From Acetofilamentum sp. (GTDB lineage Bacteria > Bacteroidota > Bacteroidia > Bacteroidales > JAADGE01), in the NCBI GenBank assembly GCA_020720665.1, contig DYOF01000001.1, forward strand, positions 25,950 to 89,949: a stretch of DNA of 64,000 bases. The letters are read 5' to 3'. The stretch's first letter is position 1, and the number at the start of each line of letters is the position of its first letter. A program made the position numbers and the translations under genes. The notes beneath the pieces were generated by a model. That model did not search any database and was not told the DNA's origin. It saw only the letters and a program-made list of their open reading frames with translations. This document shows positions 38,491 to 48,700 of the stretch, one piece after another.

Positions 38491-39294
38491 ATGATTGATA
38501 AAAAAGATTATTTCAAGCAAGTATTATCATTAGGCGATTTCTCTAAAATATCTTCATATATTGAAACAACATACGGAATACAATTGCCTAATAATAAATT
38601 AAACATGGTTCAAACACGTTTAATTAAACGATTAGCAGAAATTGAAAAACCGACATTTAAAGATTATATTGAGTATGTTTTTAGCACTTCGGGAAAAAAT
38701 GAATTACAAAATATGGTTGATGAAATTACAACTAACCGAACCGAATTTTTCAGAGAAATACAACATTTTGATTTTTTAAAAGAAAATTTTTCAGATAAAA
38801 AGGATAAAGTAAAAATTTGGAGTGCAGGATGCGCTTCGGGTGAAGAACCCTATTCAATAGCCATGTTATTACATCATCATAATATTGATTGTGAAATTTA
38901 TGCTTGCGATGTATCTGTAAAAGCATTAAATGAAGCACGAAACGGAGAATATCAGGAGCGTGAGGTTTCTCCTGTTCCCGAAGCGATGAGAACAAAATAT
39001 TTCACAAAAGTTCAAGACGGATATAAAGTAAACGAAAATATTAAAAAATTAATTAAATTTTATCATATCAACTTATTGGATAACACATATAATATTCCTA
39101 ATGATATTGATATTATATTTTTTCGAAATGTATCCATTTATTTCAGTAGCGCTAATCAAGATTCAACATTCATTAAAATGGCTTCATATTTAAAAAAAGA
39201 CGGTTATTTAATTATCGGAGTTTCTGAAAACATGTTTAATAAAGATTTACCTTTTAAAAAACTTAAATTTTCAATTTTTCAAAAAAGCGAATAA
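38491..39294 (+). CDS. cheR: chemotaxis protein methyltransferase CheR
   Basis: TEFFREIQHF and SAM-binding IWSAGCASGEEPYSIAMLL. It lies 9 bp after the MCP gene. Confidence 0.9.
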   Translation: MIDKKDYFKQVLSLGDFSKISSYIETTYGIQLPNNKLNMVQTRLIKRLAEIEKPTFKDYIEYVFSTSGKNELQNMVDEITTNRTEFFREIQHFDFLKENFSDKKDKVKIWSAGCASGEEPYSIAMLLHHHNIDCEIYACDVSVKALNEARNGEYQEREVSPVPEAMRTKYFTKVQDGYKVNENIKKLIKFYHINLLDNTYNIPNDIDIIFFRNVSIYFSSANQDSTFIKMASYLKKDGYLIIGVSENMFNKDLPFKKLKFSIFQKSE

Positions 39295-39323
39295 ATTGCA
39301 AATCATAAGCTTACAGATTTTTT

Positions 39324-40088
39324 ATGAAAAGAGTAGTTTTAGTAGGATTTCCTGACCAATATAATTTAAACATAACGAATAATATTCAAAATTCAGGGTG
39401 TTGTAATGAATTTACCAAAAAATATACGAATTTACAATTTTTCAGAGATTATAAAAATGAAAGTGCCGATATAATTTTTTTGGATTCATTTTCAAAAGAT
39501 TCAGAAATAACAGATGTAGCTAAAAAAATTAGGGCAATAGATTCAGAAGTTTTCATTGTAGGAATGTCTATGAGTTTTAATCCTATATTAAAAGAAACAT
39601 TTAAAAAAGAAATAACAAAATCTGATTTTATTTTAAAAACACAAGACAACAAAAATTATATAACACAATTATTGGAAGGAGAAACCCCCGGCACTTTTAA
39701 TGAAAATAAAAAACAAAAATCAAAAACCGCTTTAGTTGTTGATGATTTTTCGAACACATTAAATGTAATAAAATTCACTCTTGAAAAAAATAATATAAAT
39801 GTAATAACAGCCGGGAGCGGCGAAGAAGCACTAAAAATTTTAAACAAGCAAATCATACCCGATATTATTATAACAGATTTGAACATGCCCAAAATGGATG
39901 GTTTTGAATTGATTGAAAATATTAGAAAAATAAAAGAAATTGACAAGGTTCCTATTTTCATTTTAACAACTGATTTTAACTTCAATAAGAAACTAAAAGC
40001 TAAGCAACTAAATGTTACAGGCTGGATACAAAAACCATATAATTCCAATGATTTCATAAAAATTATCGGTAATGCATTAAAAAACTAA
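39324..40088 (+). CDS. two-domain response regulator: degenerate N-terminal receiver-like domain + canonical C-terminal receiver
   Basis: C-terminal REC: ALVVDDFSN, IIITDLNMPKMDG, FILTT, IQKP. The N-terminal ~120 aa has REC-like strand/helix spacing (RVVLVGFPDQ, IIFLDSF, FIVGMS) but lacks the DD acidic pair. Confidence 0.8.
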   Translation: MKRVVLVGFPDQYNLNITNNIQNSGCCNEFTKKYTNLQFFRDYKNESADIIFLDSFSKDSEITDVAKKIRAIDSEVFIVGMSMSFNPILKETFKKEITKSDFILKTQDNKNYITQLLEGETPGTFNENKKQKSKTALVVDDFSNTLNVIKFTLEKNNINVITAGSGEEALKILNKQIIPDIIITDLNMPKMDGFELIENIRKIKEIDKVPIFILTTDFNFNKKLKAKQLNVTGWIQKPYNSNDFIKIIGNALKN

Positions 40089-40101
40089 ACAAAGCAGACT
40101 T

Positions 40102-42135
40102 ATGTTTAATGAACAAAAAAAATTGTTTGTACAAGAAGTAACCGATTTGTTATTAAAAGTTGAAAAAGATTTACTTTTATTAGAAAATGACTCAACAAAC
40201 AATGACATTATTCAAGATATTTTCAGAGCCATGCACACCGTTAAAGGTTCAGCAGGGGTATATAATCTTGAAAAAACAGTTCTGCTTGCACATAATTTTG
40301 AGTCGCTTTTTGAAAACATCAGAAAACAAGAGTTAAAAGTTACTAATGAAATTATTACATTAACTCTTCAGGCAAATGATACATTACTAAGATTAATAAA
40401 TGCAGATACAGAAACTATTATTGACGACTCGGAAATTGAATATTTAATTTCCCAAATTAACAGTATTAAAGTTCAAATCACTTCCAAAGTCAGAACATCC
40501 GTTAATATTACAAATTTCAAAACCTTTTATATTTTTTTTGAACCCAATCTTGATATAGAAGAAAGAGGAATAGGAATTGACGGCATTATTAATGATTTTG
40601 CAGATTTTGAATATAAAACCATTTCTAAAAAAACTGACTTCGAGCGTAGGCAAAAAGGAAAACATGAAAAGTTTTTTGAAATAATTGTAAGTTCAACATA
40701 CACAGAAGACGAAATCAAAGCAGTTTTTCTTTTTGTACCCAATGAATATGAAATTATTGAAATAGCAAATTTTAATATTTTTGAAAAAACCGATTTCAAT
40801 GAGTTCTATTTCAGTGCGGTTGATATAGTCCCTGAAAAAGAACAACGAATTGAGTTGCTGAAAGATTTTTGTAATATATTTAAAGAACAAAGCCAATTTG
40901 AAGCTCTTCCGGAAGAAGCGAAATCGGATGCCGATGTATTAATCGGTGCGGAAGAAATTGAAAAAGACTCAAAGTCAGAAACGCAACAAATTGAACAAAT
41001 CAGAGTTCCGGCAAGCAAATTAGACGAATTACTGAGTTTAGTCAGCGAGTTGATTATCAATAATTCTCAATTAACTAAAAGTGCACTCAATAAAGACTAC
41101 GAAAAAATAACAATACTTTCTGAGAATATTTCAAAAATCACAAATACAATAAAAGAAAATACGCTCAGCCTTCGTTTAATTCCCGTTGAAAATATTATAC
41201 CTCCGTATAAACGCCTAATCAGAGACTTATCGCTTAAATTTAATAAAAAAATCTATTTTATTGCCGACGGTGTAGAAACCTTAGTAGATAAAAATATTAT
41301 AGAAAAATTATTTACACCGCTTTCACACATCATCAGAAATGCGATAGACCACGGCATTGAATTACCCGAAGAACGAATAAAAAAAGGAAAAGGAGAAACC
41401 GGAATCATCCGTTTTATTGCATTTTATTCAAGCACAAATGTATTTGTTCAAATTCAAGATGACGGAAGAGGAATAAACCCCGAAATCGTAAAAAATACCG
41501 CTATAAAAATGGGCTTAATCAAGCCGACAGATGAATTGACGAAAAAAGAAATTTATGATTTACTTTTTATTCAAGGATTTACAACTGCTAAAAATTTAAC
41601 AGAAATTTCCGGCAGAGGAATCGGCATGGATGCCATAAAAAAATCAATTCAAGATTTAAGAGGTGATGTAGAAATAGATTCAGAAGCGGAATTAGGCACA
41701 AGTGTTACGATTAAACTTCCCTTGACGCTTTCAATCATCGAATCAATGCATTTAACTGCCGGAAACTTAAATTTCTTAATCCCGATTTCAAATATAAATC
41801 AGTGTTTGAAGTTTAATTCGGAAGAAGTAAAAGAATTTGAAAAAAATAAAATCTTATTAAACAACGAGTTAATACCGATTATTAATATTTCAAAAGTTTT
41901 TAACCTAAAACACAATGAAGCACAAAATAATTTAATAATTGTTAATCACGGACAAACAAAAACAGGATTACTGTTTAATAACATCATCGGAGAATATCAG
42001 GCTGTTATTAAAAACTTAGGCTCTATTTTTCGAGAATATGACTTTTTTATCGGTGCCAGTATTTTATCTGACGGTTCAATAGGTTATATTCTTGATACCT
42101 ACAAATTAATTAATAAATTAACAACTGCAAAATAA
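40102..42135 (+). CDS. cheA: chemotaxis histidine kinase CheA
   Basis: Hpt FRAMHTVKGSAG, dimerisation region IRVPASKLDELLSLVSELII, HATPase N-box IIRNAIDHGIE, G-boxes QDDGRGI and SGRGIGMDAI, and a C-terminal CheW-like domain. No fused receiver. Confidence 0.9.
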   Translation: MFNEQKKLFVQEVTDLLLKVEKDLLLLENDSTNNDIIQDIFRAMHTVKGSAGVYNLEKTVLLAHNFESLFENIRKQELKVTNEIITLTLQANDTLLRLINADTETIIDDSEIEYLISQINSIKVQITSKVRTSVNITNFKTFYIFFEPNLDIEERGIGIDGIINDFADFEYKTISKKTDFERRQKGKHEKFFEIIVSSTYTEDEIKAVFLFVPNEYEIIEIANFNIFEKTDFNEFYFSAVDIVPEKEQRIELLKDFCNIFKEQSQFEALPEEAKSDADVLIGAEEIEKDSKSETQQIEQIRVPASKLDELLSLVSELIINNSQLTKSALNKDYEKITILSENISKITNTIKENTLSLRLIPVENIIPPYKRLIRDLSLKFNKKIYFIADGVETLVDKNIIEKLFTPLSHIIRNAIDHGIELPEERIKKGKGETGIIRFIAFYSSTNVFVQIQDDGRGINPEIVKNTAIKMGLIKPTDELTKKEIYDLLFIQGFTTAKNLTEISGRGIGMDAIKKSIQDLRGDVEIDSEAELGTSVTIKLPLTLSIIESMHLTAGNLNFLIPISNINQCLKFNSEEVKEFEKNKILLNNELIPIINISKVFNLKHNEAQNNLIIVNHGQTKTGLLFNNIIGEYQAVIKNLGSIFREYDFFIGASILSDGSIGYILDTYKLINKLTTAK

Positions 42136-42144
42136 AAAAATAAG

Positions 42145-42642
42145 ATGGCAAAAAAATCAAGCTATATACTCTTTAAATTAGGCAACGACACATTTGCAAT
42201 AGATGTACTAAATGTTATTCAAACCTTAGAAACCGAAGATTTAACCCCTCTGCCTAAAACCCCGGAATTTGTTAAAGGAATAATGATTTTCAGAGGAAAT
42301 ATATTACCGGTTATAGATTTGCGTTTAAAATTCAATATAAAAAATACACAAGAACTAAACAAAGGGTTTATTATTGTTACCAAATTTTTTAATAATGAAA
42401 AAGAACAAGAAATAGGTTTAATTGTTGATTCCGTTTTAGAAGTATCAGATTTTGACGCGTATGATATCGGCACTTATCCTGAAATAGGAAGCAAATACAA
42501 TCTTGAATTTATTAACGGATTTGTCAAACAAGACGATGAAATTATTACAGTTCTTAACATTGAAAACATTTTATCATCCGCAGAAATAGAAATTCTGAAA
42601 AAAAGTACTGAAAAAATTGAATTTGATATTGAAAATGAATAA
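42145..42642 (+). CDS. cheW: chemotaxis coupling protein CheW
   Basis: 165 aa. ILFKLGNDTFAIDVLNVIQ...VKGIMIFRGNILPVIDLRLKF...IGLIVDSVLEV. Confidence 0.9.
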   Translation: MAKKSSYILFKLGNDTFAIDVLNVIQTLETEDLTPLPKTPEFVKGIMIFRGNILPVIDLRLKFNIKNTQELNKGFIIVTKFFNNEKEQEIGLIVDSVLEVSDFDAYDIGTYPEIGSKYNLEFINGFVKQDDEIITVLNIENILSSAEIEILKKSTEKIEFDIENE

Positions 42643-42646
42643 TCCG

Positions 42647-43732
42647 ATGTCAGAAAAAATTAAAGTCTTACTTGTTGATGACTCTGAACATATCAGGCGT
42701 ACAATTCAATTATTATATAATGATGATGAAACAATTCAGGTCATAGCAGAAGCATCCGACCCTTTTGAAGCCGTTAAAGAAATTCAATTATTAAAACCGG
42801 ATGTACTCCTTTTAGATATTGAAATGCCCAAAATGAACGGTTTAGTATTTTTAAAAAATTTAATGACAAAAAATCCTATACCGGTTATTATATTTTCTGC
42901 GTTTGTAAACGAAGGCAGTGAAAATGCCCTAAAAGCATTTGAATACGGAGCAATTGACATAATAGAAAAACCTAAATTAAGCACTCCGGTTGAATTTAAT
43001 AAATATAAAAACAAATTAAGTGCAGCTCTACAAACTGCAAAAAATGCCAATGTTTCGCCTATTGATAACACAGAAAAAACATTTTTTAAAATTGAAGAAA
43101 AAACGGCATCAAAATTCGGCAGTTATTTCAGCCCGGAACATGAAGTCAGCTATATCATTGCAATAGGAGCATCAACCGGCGGAACCGAAGTTGTAAAATG
43201 GTTTCTGGACAGTATTCCGGAACAGTTTCCGCCGATTCTTATAGTGCAACATATGCCGGCCGGATTTACACAATCATTTGCAGAAAGACTAAACAATTCA
43301 TCAAAAATAGAAGTAAAAGAAGCTGAAGACAATGAACCCTTGAAAAACGGTTGTGCATACATCGCAAGAGGAGACAGACATTTAATATTGAACAAAGAAA
43401 ATAATAATTTTCAGATAATATTAAGTGATGCAGAACCGGTGAACAGACACAAACCGTCAGTTGATATTCTCTTTAACTCTGTTGCAGAACATTTTACAAC
43501 AAATTCAGTAGGTATAATTCTTACAGGAATGGGAACTGACGGAACCGAAGGATTAAAAAACATGAAAAATTCCGGAGCGTACACCATTGCTCAAGATGAA
43601 AATACCAGTATTGTGTTTGGAATGCCTAAATCTGCAATATTGGCAGGTGTTATTGATAATGTATTGCCTATTTACAAAATACCGGAAAATTTAATAAAGC
43701 TTGTTGAGAAATTTATAACAAAAGAAAAATAG
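42647..43732 (+). CDS. cheB: chemotaxis response regulator protein-glutamate methylesterase CheB
   Basis: REC (VLLVDDSE, LLLDIEMPKMNG) plus esterase (AIGASTGGTE, LIVQHMPAGFT, LTGMGTDG). ATG 42647 is preferred to the track start 42617, which overlaps cheW. Confidence 0.9.
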   Translation: MSEKIKVLLVDDSEHIRRTIQLLYNDDETIQVIAEASDPFEAVKEIQLLKPDVLLLDIEMPKMNGLVFLKNLMTKNPIPVIIFSAFVNEGSENALKAFEYGAIDIIEKPKLSTPVEFNKYKNKLSAALQTAKNANVSPIDNTEKTFFKIEEKTASKFGSYFSPEHEVSYIIAIGASTGGTEVVKWFLDSIPEQFPPILIVQHMPAGFTQSFAERLNNSSKIEVKEAEDNEPLKNGCAYIARGDRHLILNKENNNFQIILSDAEPVNRHKPSVDILFNSVAEHFTTNSVGIILTGMGTDGTEGLKNMKNSGAYTIAQDENTSIVFGMPKSAILAGVIDNVLPIYKIPENLIKLVEKFITKEK

Positions 43733-43824
43733 TAAGTATAAAATAAATAAGTTTGTATTCATATTGAAATCAATCGGGTTTTTTATTTGAGTACATTTTT
43801 CTAAAACATTTAAAACAGAAAATT

Positions 43825-44007
43825 ATGGGACAAAAGTTAAAACAATATTTTGAAAAAGCAAAGGAAATAGGAGGCTTCAAAGCAGCAGGCAAATTAGCTC
43901 TTTTAACCAAAATACCGAGCATGTATGCAGAAGAAACGCCGGATAGCCCTGAAATGATTGAAAAATTTGAAAAAGCAATGGAACAAATAAGAAAAGAATT
44001 TTATTAG
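43825..44007 (+). CDS. hypothetical small protein
   Basis: 60-aa ORF that looks helical and charged. No family recognised. Coding status is uncertain. Confidence 0.3.
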   Translation: MGQKLKQYFEKAKEIGGFKAAGKLALLTKIPSMYAEETPDSPEMIEKFEKAMEQIRKEFY

Positions 44008-44080
44008 CAATTTTAATTAAAAAAATTTGCTAAAATTAAAATTACCCAAATAAATTAGGTTTTAACATTCAAAAGATATA

Positions 44081-44608
44081 ATGAATGATAGTATAGAAAT
44101 AATTAAGTATATAACACCTCTGATAATTCTTATTGTTGCCGTTCTTTTAATCCTTAAACATTTTTCGGATAAAGAAAAGAACAATTCAAAATTTGAAATT
44201 ATCAGATCCAATAATAAAATACTTACCCCTATAAGGTTACAGGCTTATGAACGACTGACTTTGTTTTTAGAACGAATTAAACCCGATTCCTTAGCACTTA
44301 GGCTTTATAATTCAGATAACACCTCTAAACAAGCTCAAATGTTATTAACGGATAATGTTAAAAAAGAGTTTAACCATAACCTTTCACAACAGGTTTATAT
44401 ATCTGATGAATTATGGCAGGTAATTGTTAATGCAAAAGAACAATTAATACGAATAATTAATTTGACAGGAACGAAACCGGAAACACAATCAAGCTCGGCT
44501 GAATTTTCAAGAGTATTGATTGAAGTTTATAATGATTTAGAAAAAAAACCGATTGAAGATGCTTTGCTTCTGCTTAAAAAGGAAGCTTCATTATTCTTCG
44601 GCATGTAA
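44081..44608 (+). CDS. hypothetical membrane-anchored protein
   Basis: 175 aa with an N-terminal TM (ITPLIILIVAVLLIL); the remainder is helical. No family recognised. Confidence 0.4.
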   Translation: MNDSIEIIKYITPLIILIVAVLLILKHFSDKEKNNSKFEIIRSNNKILTPIRLQAYERLTLFLERIKPDSLALRLYNSDNTSKQAQMLLTDNVKKEFNHNLSQQVYISDELWQVIVNAKEQLIRIINLTGTKPETQSSSAEFSRVLIEVYNDLEKKPIEDALLLLKKEASLFFGM

Positions 44609-44611
44609 AAA

Positions 44612-45583
44612 TTAAATATATACTTCCAATATCTCCGAGTACTTTTCCGGAATTATTTCAATTTTCTTAATGCATGCGGGTATTAAAACTGTTTCGCCCT
44701 TTTTAACAGAAATTGCAAAGTTCTTATAAGCAACATTAAATCCTCCGCTTATACACATATATATCACAAAACTGTCAATGTGCTCATATTCAAATACTTT
44801 TTGCTTGTCTGCTATTATTTTATTTACAGTAAAAAAAGAATTCGAAAATAACTCAACGCTTTGATTTTTTATTTCATCAACTGTTTTATTATTTTGAGTG
44901 TATTTTTCAGTTTCAATAACCTCCAGAGCCAAATTTGTATGCAATTCTCTATATTCCCCGTTTTTATCCTTCCGGTTCCAGTCAAATATTCGATAAGTTA
45001 AATCTGAACTTTGTTGTATTTCTGCTAATAAAACACCTTTCATAATCGCATGAATTCTGCCTGCAGGCATATAAAAATAATCTCCTTTTTTAACCTTAAT
45101 TCTATTTAAAAACGGCACCAGATTTTTATCTTTAACAGCTTTCGCATACTCACTTTTTGTCAGCGTTTTATTAAACCCAATAATTATTTCGGCATCAGGT
45201 AAATTATCTACAATATACCACATTTCATTTTTTCCGTTTTCATTATGAGTTTTTTTTGCAAAATTATTATCCGGGTGCACCTGAACCGATAAATCATCCG
45301 CTGCATCAATAAATTTTATTAACAACGGAAAATCATAGCCAAATTCTTTAAAAACTTTATTTCCTAAAAAATCTGATTTGTATGTTTCTATTAATTCATT
45401 AAGAGTTTTTCCTTTAAGTTTGCCGTTTCTTATTACCGACAAATTATTTTGAATCCCCGAAATTTCCCAACTTTCACCGATTAGCTCTACAGGTGTTTCC
45501 TTATTTAATATATCCCTGAGTTTAGTGCCACCCCAAACTTTCTCTTTAAAAATCGGTGTAAATTTTAACGGATATAAGTTCAT
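44612..45583 (-). CDS. manA: class I mannose-6-phosphate isomerase
   Basis: 323 aa. WGG...GESWEIS, LSVQVHPD, NEMWYI and cupin His block AGRIHAI. Confidence 0.8.
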   Translation of the reverse strand: MNLYPLKFTPIFKEKVWGGTKLRDILNKETPVELIGESWEISGIQNNLSVIRNGKLKGKTLNELIETYKSDFLGNKVFKEFGYDFPLLIKFIDAADDLSVQVHPDNNFAKKTHNENGKNEMWYIVDNLPDAEIIIGFNKTLTKSEYAKAVKDKNLVPFLNRIKVKKGDYFYMPAGRIHAIMKGVLLAEIQQSSDLTYRIFDWNRKDKNGEYRELHTNLALEVIETEKYTQNNKTVDEIKNQSVELFSNSFFTVNKIIADKQKVFEYEHIDSFVIYMCISGGFNVAYKNFAISVKKGETVLIPACIKKIEIIPEKYSEILEVYI

Positions 45584-45660
45584 AAATACGAATTTAGAAT
45601 ATTTATACTTCTAACTTATTAAGAAATTATAAACTTTTAATAAGTTTTTACTTTTTTTCA

Positions 45661-45668
45661 TATCTTTG
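45661..45668 (+). promoter_or_regulatory. candidate -7 promoter box (TAnnTTTG)
   Basis: TATCTTTG, 44 nt before the ATG at 45712. Confidence 0.3.
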
Positions 45669-45711
45669 TTGATACCAAGAAAAAAATATGCTTCTTTTAA
45701 ACACATTTTAA

Positions 45712-48700
45712 ATGAATATTTTTCAAAACATAAGTATCCGCACCAGATTTAATTTCATTACAATTTTTGTAATAATTTTAATATCATTTATTATACTGTT
45801 TTTTACGTATTCTATTAATAAAGTAAACCGATATAATGAATACAATGAAAATATCAACAATCTAAAAATTCATTATTTGAATATACGAAGATACGAACAA
45901 CATTTTATTTCAAGATACCATGAAGACGCTAATTTTTTTATTTCCGGTGAAAACACATATATTCAGAAATTAAACTCAGAAGCTGTTGCAGCATCAAAAA
46001 TAATAACTGAACTTAAAAAAAGCACCATTTCAAATAAATTAAAATTAATTGAAAACATAAATAAGCTCGAAGCAATACTTCAAAATTACATCCTTTCATT
46101 CAATAATTTAACCCAAAAAATATACAAACGCGGTTCCTTAAACGGCGGTATTTTATATGAGTTAAAAATTTCCGCCGAAAAACTTGATAATCTATACGGA
46201 GTTCCGGGTTCGGCAATATCAAAAATGACAAATTATTCTGAAAAATATATGTATTCGTTTGATGAAAAATATTTTGAATTATTTTTAAAAGAATACGGAA
46301 AATTGTCAAACCTTTCAAATCCGGAAACCCTGACGGTTCCGGAAAATTCAATTACCGCCGATAAGCATATAAACGAATTTAAAAACATTTTTACTGCATT
46401 AGCAGGGATTAATAAAGAAATTGGAGTTTCATATAACGACGGAATAAAAGGTCAGTTAAGAAACATGGAATTTTCGGCTTTAGATATTATTGTAAATATC
46501 GTAAACGAAAATAAATATACAACCGAACGAATTTCAAAACGTAATATTTTTATATTCTTCGGACTGATAACCCTTATATTTTTGTATCTTTTTTGGCGAT
46601 TTTCAAATTCTATAGTTGAACCTCTTACCAAATTAAAAGAATACATTTATCCTTTAAGTAAAGGTAGTTTACCAAAAGTTATTTACAAATCAGAAGGGAA
46701 AAATGAAATTTCTGACATTAGTGAAAACCTAAACAGTTTAGTACAAGGTTTAAAACAAACAACAGAATTTGCTTTGTCAATCGGACGAGGGAAATATTCA
46801 ATTGACTATACACCATTAAGTAAAGAAGATTCGCTTGGAAATGCTTTACTTGAAATGAGAAGTAATTTAATTATTGCGAGAGACGAAGAACAAAAAAGAA
46901 AAGAGGAAGATGAAATTCGTTCATGGACAAACGTAGGGCTGACAAAATTCAACGATATATTAAGACAAAATCAAGGAAATATTAACGAAATGTCCATTGC
47001 TGTTATTTCTGAATTGGTTAAATTTATTAATGCAAACCAAGGCGGAATGTTTGTTTTTAATGACGATGAGGAAAACAAATATTTAGAATTAACGGCAGCT
47101 TATGCCTATGGTCATGAGAAGAAAAAACAAAAACATATCTACCTCGGAGAAGGGCTTGTAGGAACTGTTGCCGTTGAAAAAGAAACGATTTATATGACGG
47201 ACATTCCGGAATCGTACATAACAATTTCTTCCGGCTTAGGAGGCTCATCTCCTCGAAGTTTATTAATTGTTCCTATGACTGTAGAGGATGAAGTTATCGG
47301 CGTTGTGGAATTGGCATCATTCAATTTGTTAAAAACATATGAAATTGAATTTGTTGAAAATCTTTCGAAAAATATTGCCTCATCTCTTTCAATTACCAGA
47401 ATTAACCAACGAACAGCGTTCTTATTTGAACAATCTCAGCGTCAGGCTGAGTTAATGAAAGTGCAAGAAGAAGAAATGCGTCAAAATTTTGAAGAATTAC
47501 AGCAAGTTCAAGAAGAATCATCCAGAAACGCTGCCGAAATGAGCAGCATTTTAGATGCAATTGACTCATCATCATCAATATTTAACATTGATTCGAACGG
47601 AATTATCGAATCCGTAAATCAACAATTTCTTATGCTTACTAACATACCGGAAGATAAACTTGTCGGCGAATATCATAAAAATATATTCCATTTTACGGAA
47701 GATGAATATAAAGAATTCTGGAACATGTTGCTTGCCGGTGAAAATATTCAAAAAATTGAATACTTAAAAATTGATGAAAATGAAATTTGGCTTTCGGTTG
47801 TTTATCGTCCGATTATGGATAATAACGGTAAAATTCGCTATATTTTCTCGGTAGGAATAAATTTAACAGAATCAAAAGAATTAGAAAACCAACTTAAAGA
47901 AAAACTTATACTATTAGAAGAGGCTCAAAAAGAAGCTGAAAGAAAACAACATATTCTGGAAAACACTAACGAAATGTTAATTGCTAATGAAAGAACCTTA
48001 CAATCAGCCATTGAAAACGCAATGAAACAACGAAAGGAATTAGCAAAAAAAATGGAAGAAATTGCAGAAGAAGAAGCAATAACAGGCAGTCGATTAGAAG
48101 GAATAAACCAAACTAACATTTCCTTTAATTTTGATTTAGAAGGAAATATCTTTTCATCCAACAAAATTTTTAATACACTATTCGGTTTTAATGAAAATGA
48201 TGTCATCGGTACAAATATATCATCAATACTTACAGAAAACTTTTTAAATACAAAAGCCTATGAAGATTTGTGGGAAAAATTAAAAAACGGAAAACATCAT
48301 AACGGGACATTTAATTTTAAAAGTTCCGACAATAAAAAAATATTCATTCAAGGAACGTTTACAGCTATTAAAGACAGACGAGGAAAAACAACAAGTGTCT
48401 TTTTTATCGGATTTGACATAAGCGATTTAGCCAGGAAAACTGAAGAATTGACAGCCCGAGAAACAGAATTATTTTTCCAAATTGAAGATATGCAAAAAAT
48501 GCAAAATCTAATGGTAAAACAAGAAGCCGAACTTATTGCCGGTTCAAAGGAACTTGCAGAAAAAGAAGCTGTTTCAAAAAGCCGTTTAGAAGGAATCAAC
48601 CAAACAAACATTATTGCCGAGTTCAGTATTGACGGCATAATAACTGATGTCAATGAAAATTTTATAAACACATTCGGATATCAAAAAGACGAAATATTAT

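Noticed and set aside
39656-41060. Several 67-133-aa antisense ORFs across the REC and cheA genes
   Set aside because: All lie inside strongly supported plus-strand Che genes and have Ser/Phe/Ile/Lys-rich composition without motifs. They are shadow ORFs. The same applies to 42219-42473, 42784-43395, 46100-48671, 27603-28270 and 57306-58152.
44007-44045. AT-only inverted repeat GCAATTTTAATT / AATTAAAATTAC after the 60-aa ORF as a terminator
   Set aside because: It has one mismatch next to its only G-C pair and is otherwise all A-T pairs, so it is too weak to call in this base composition.
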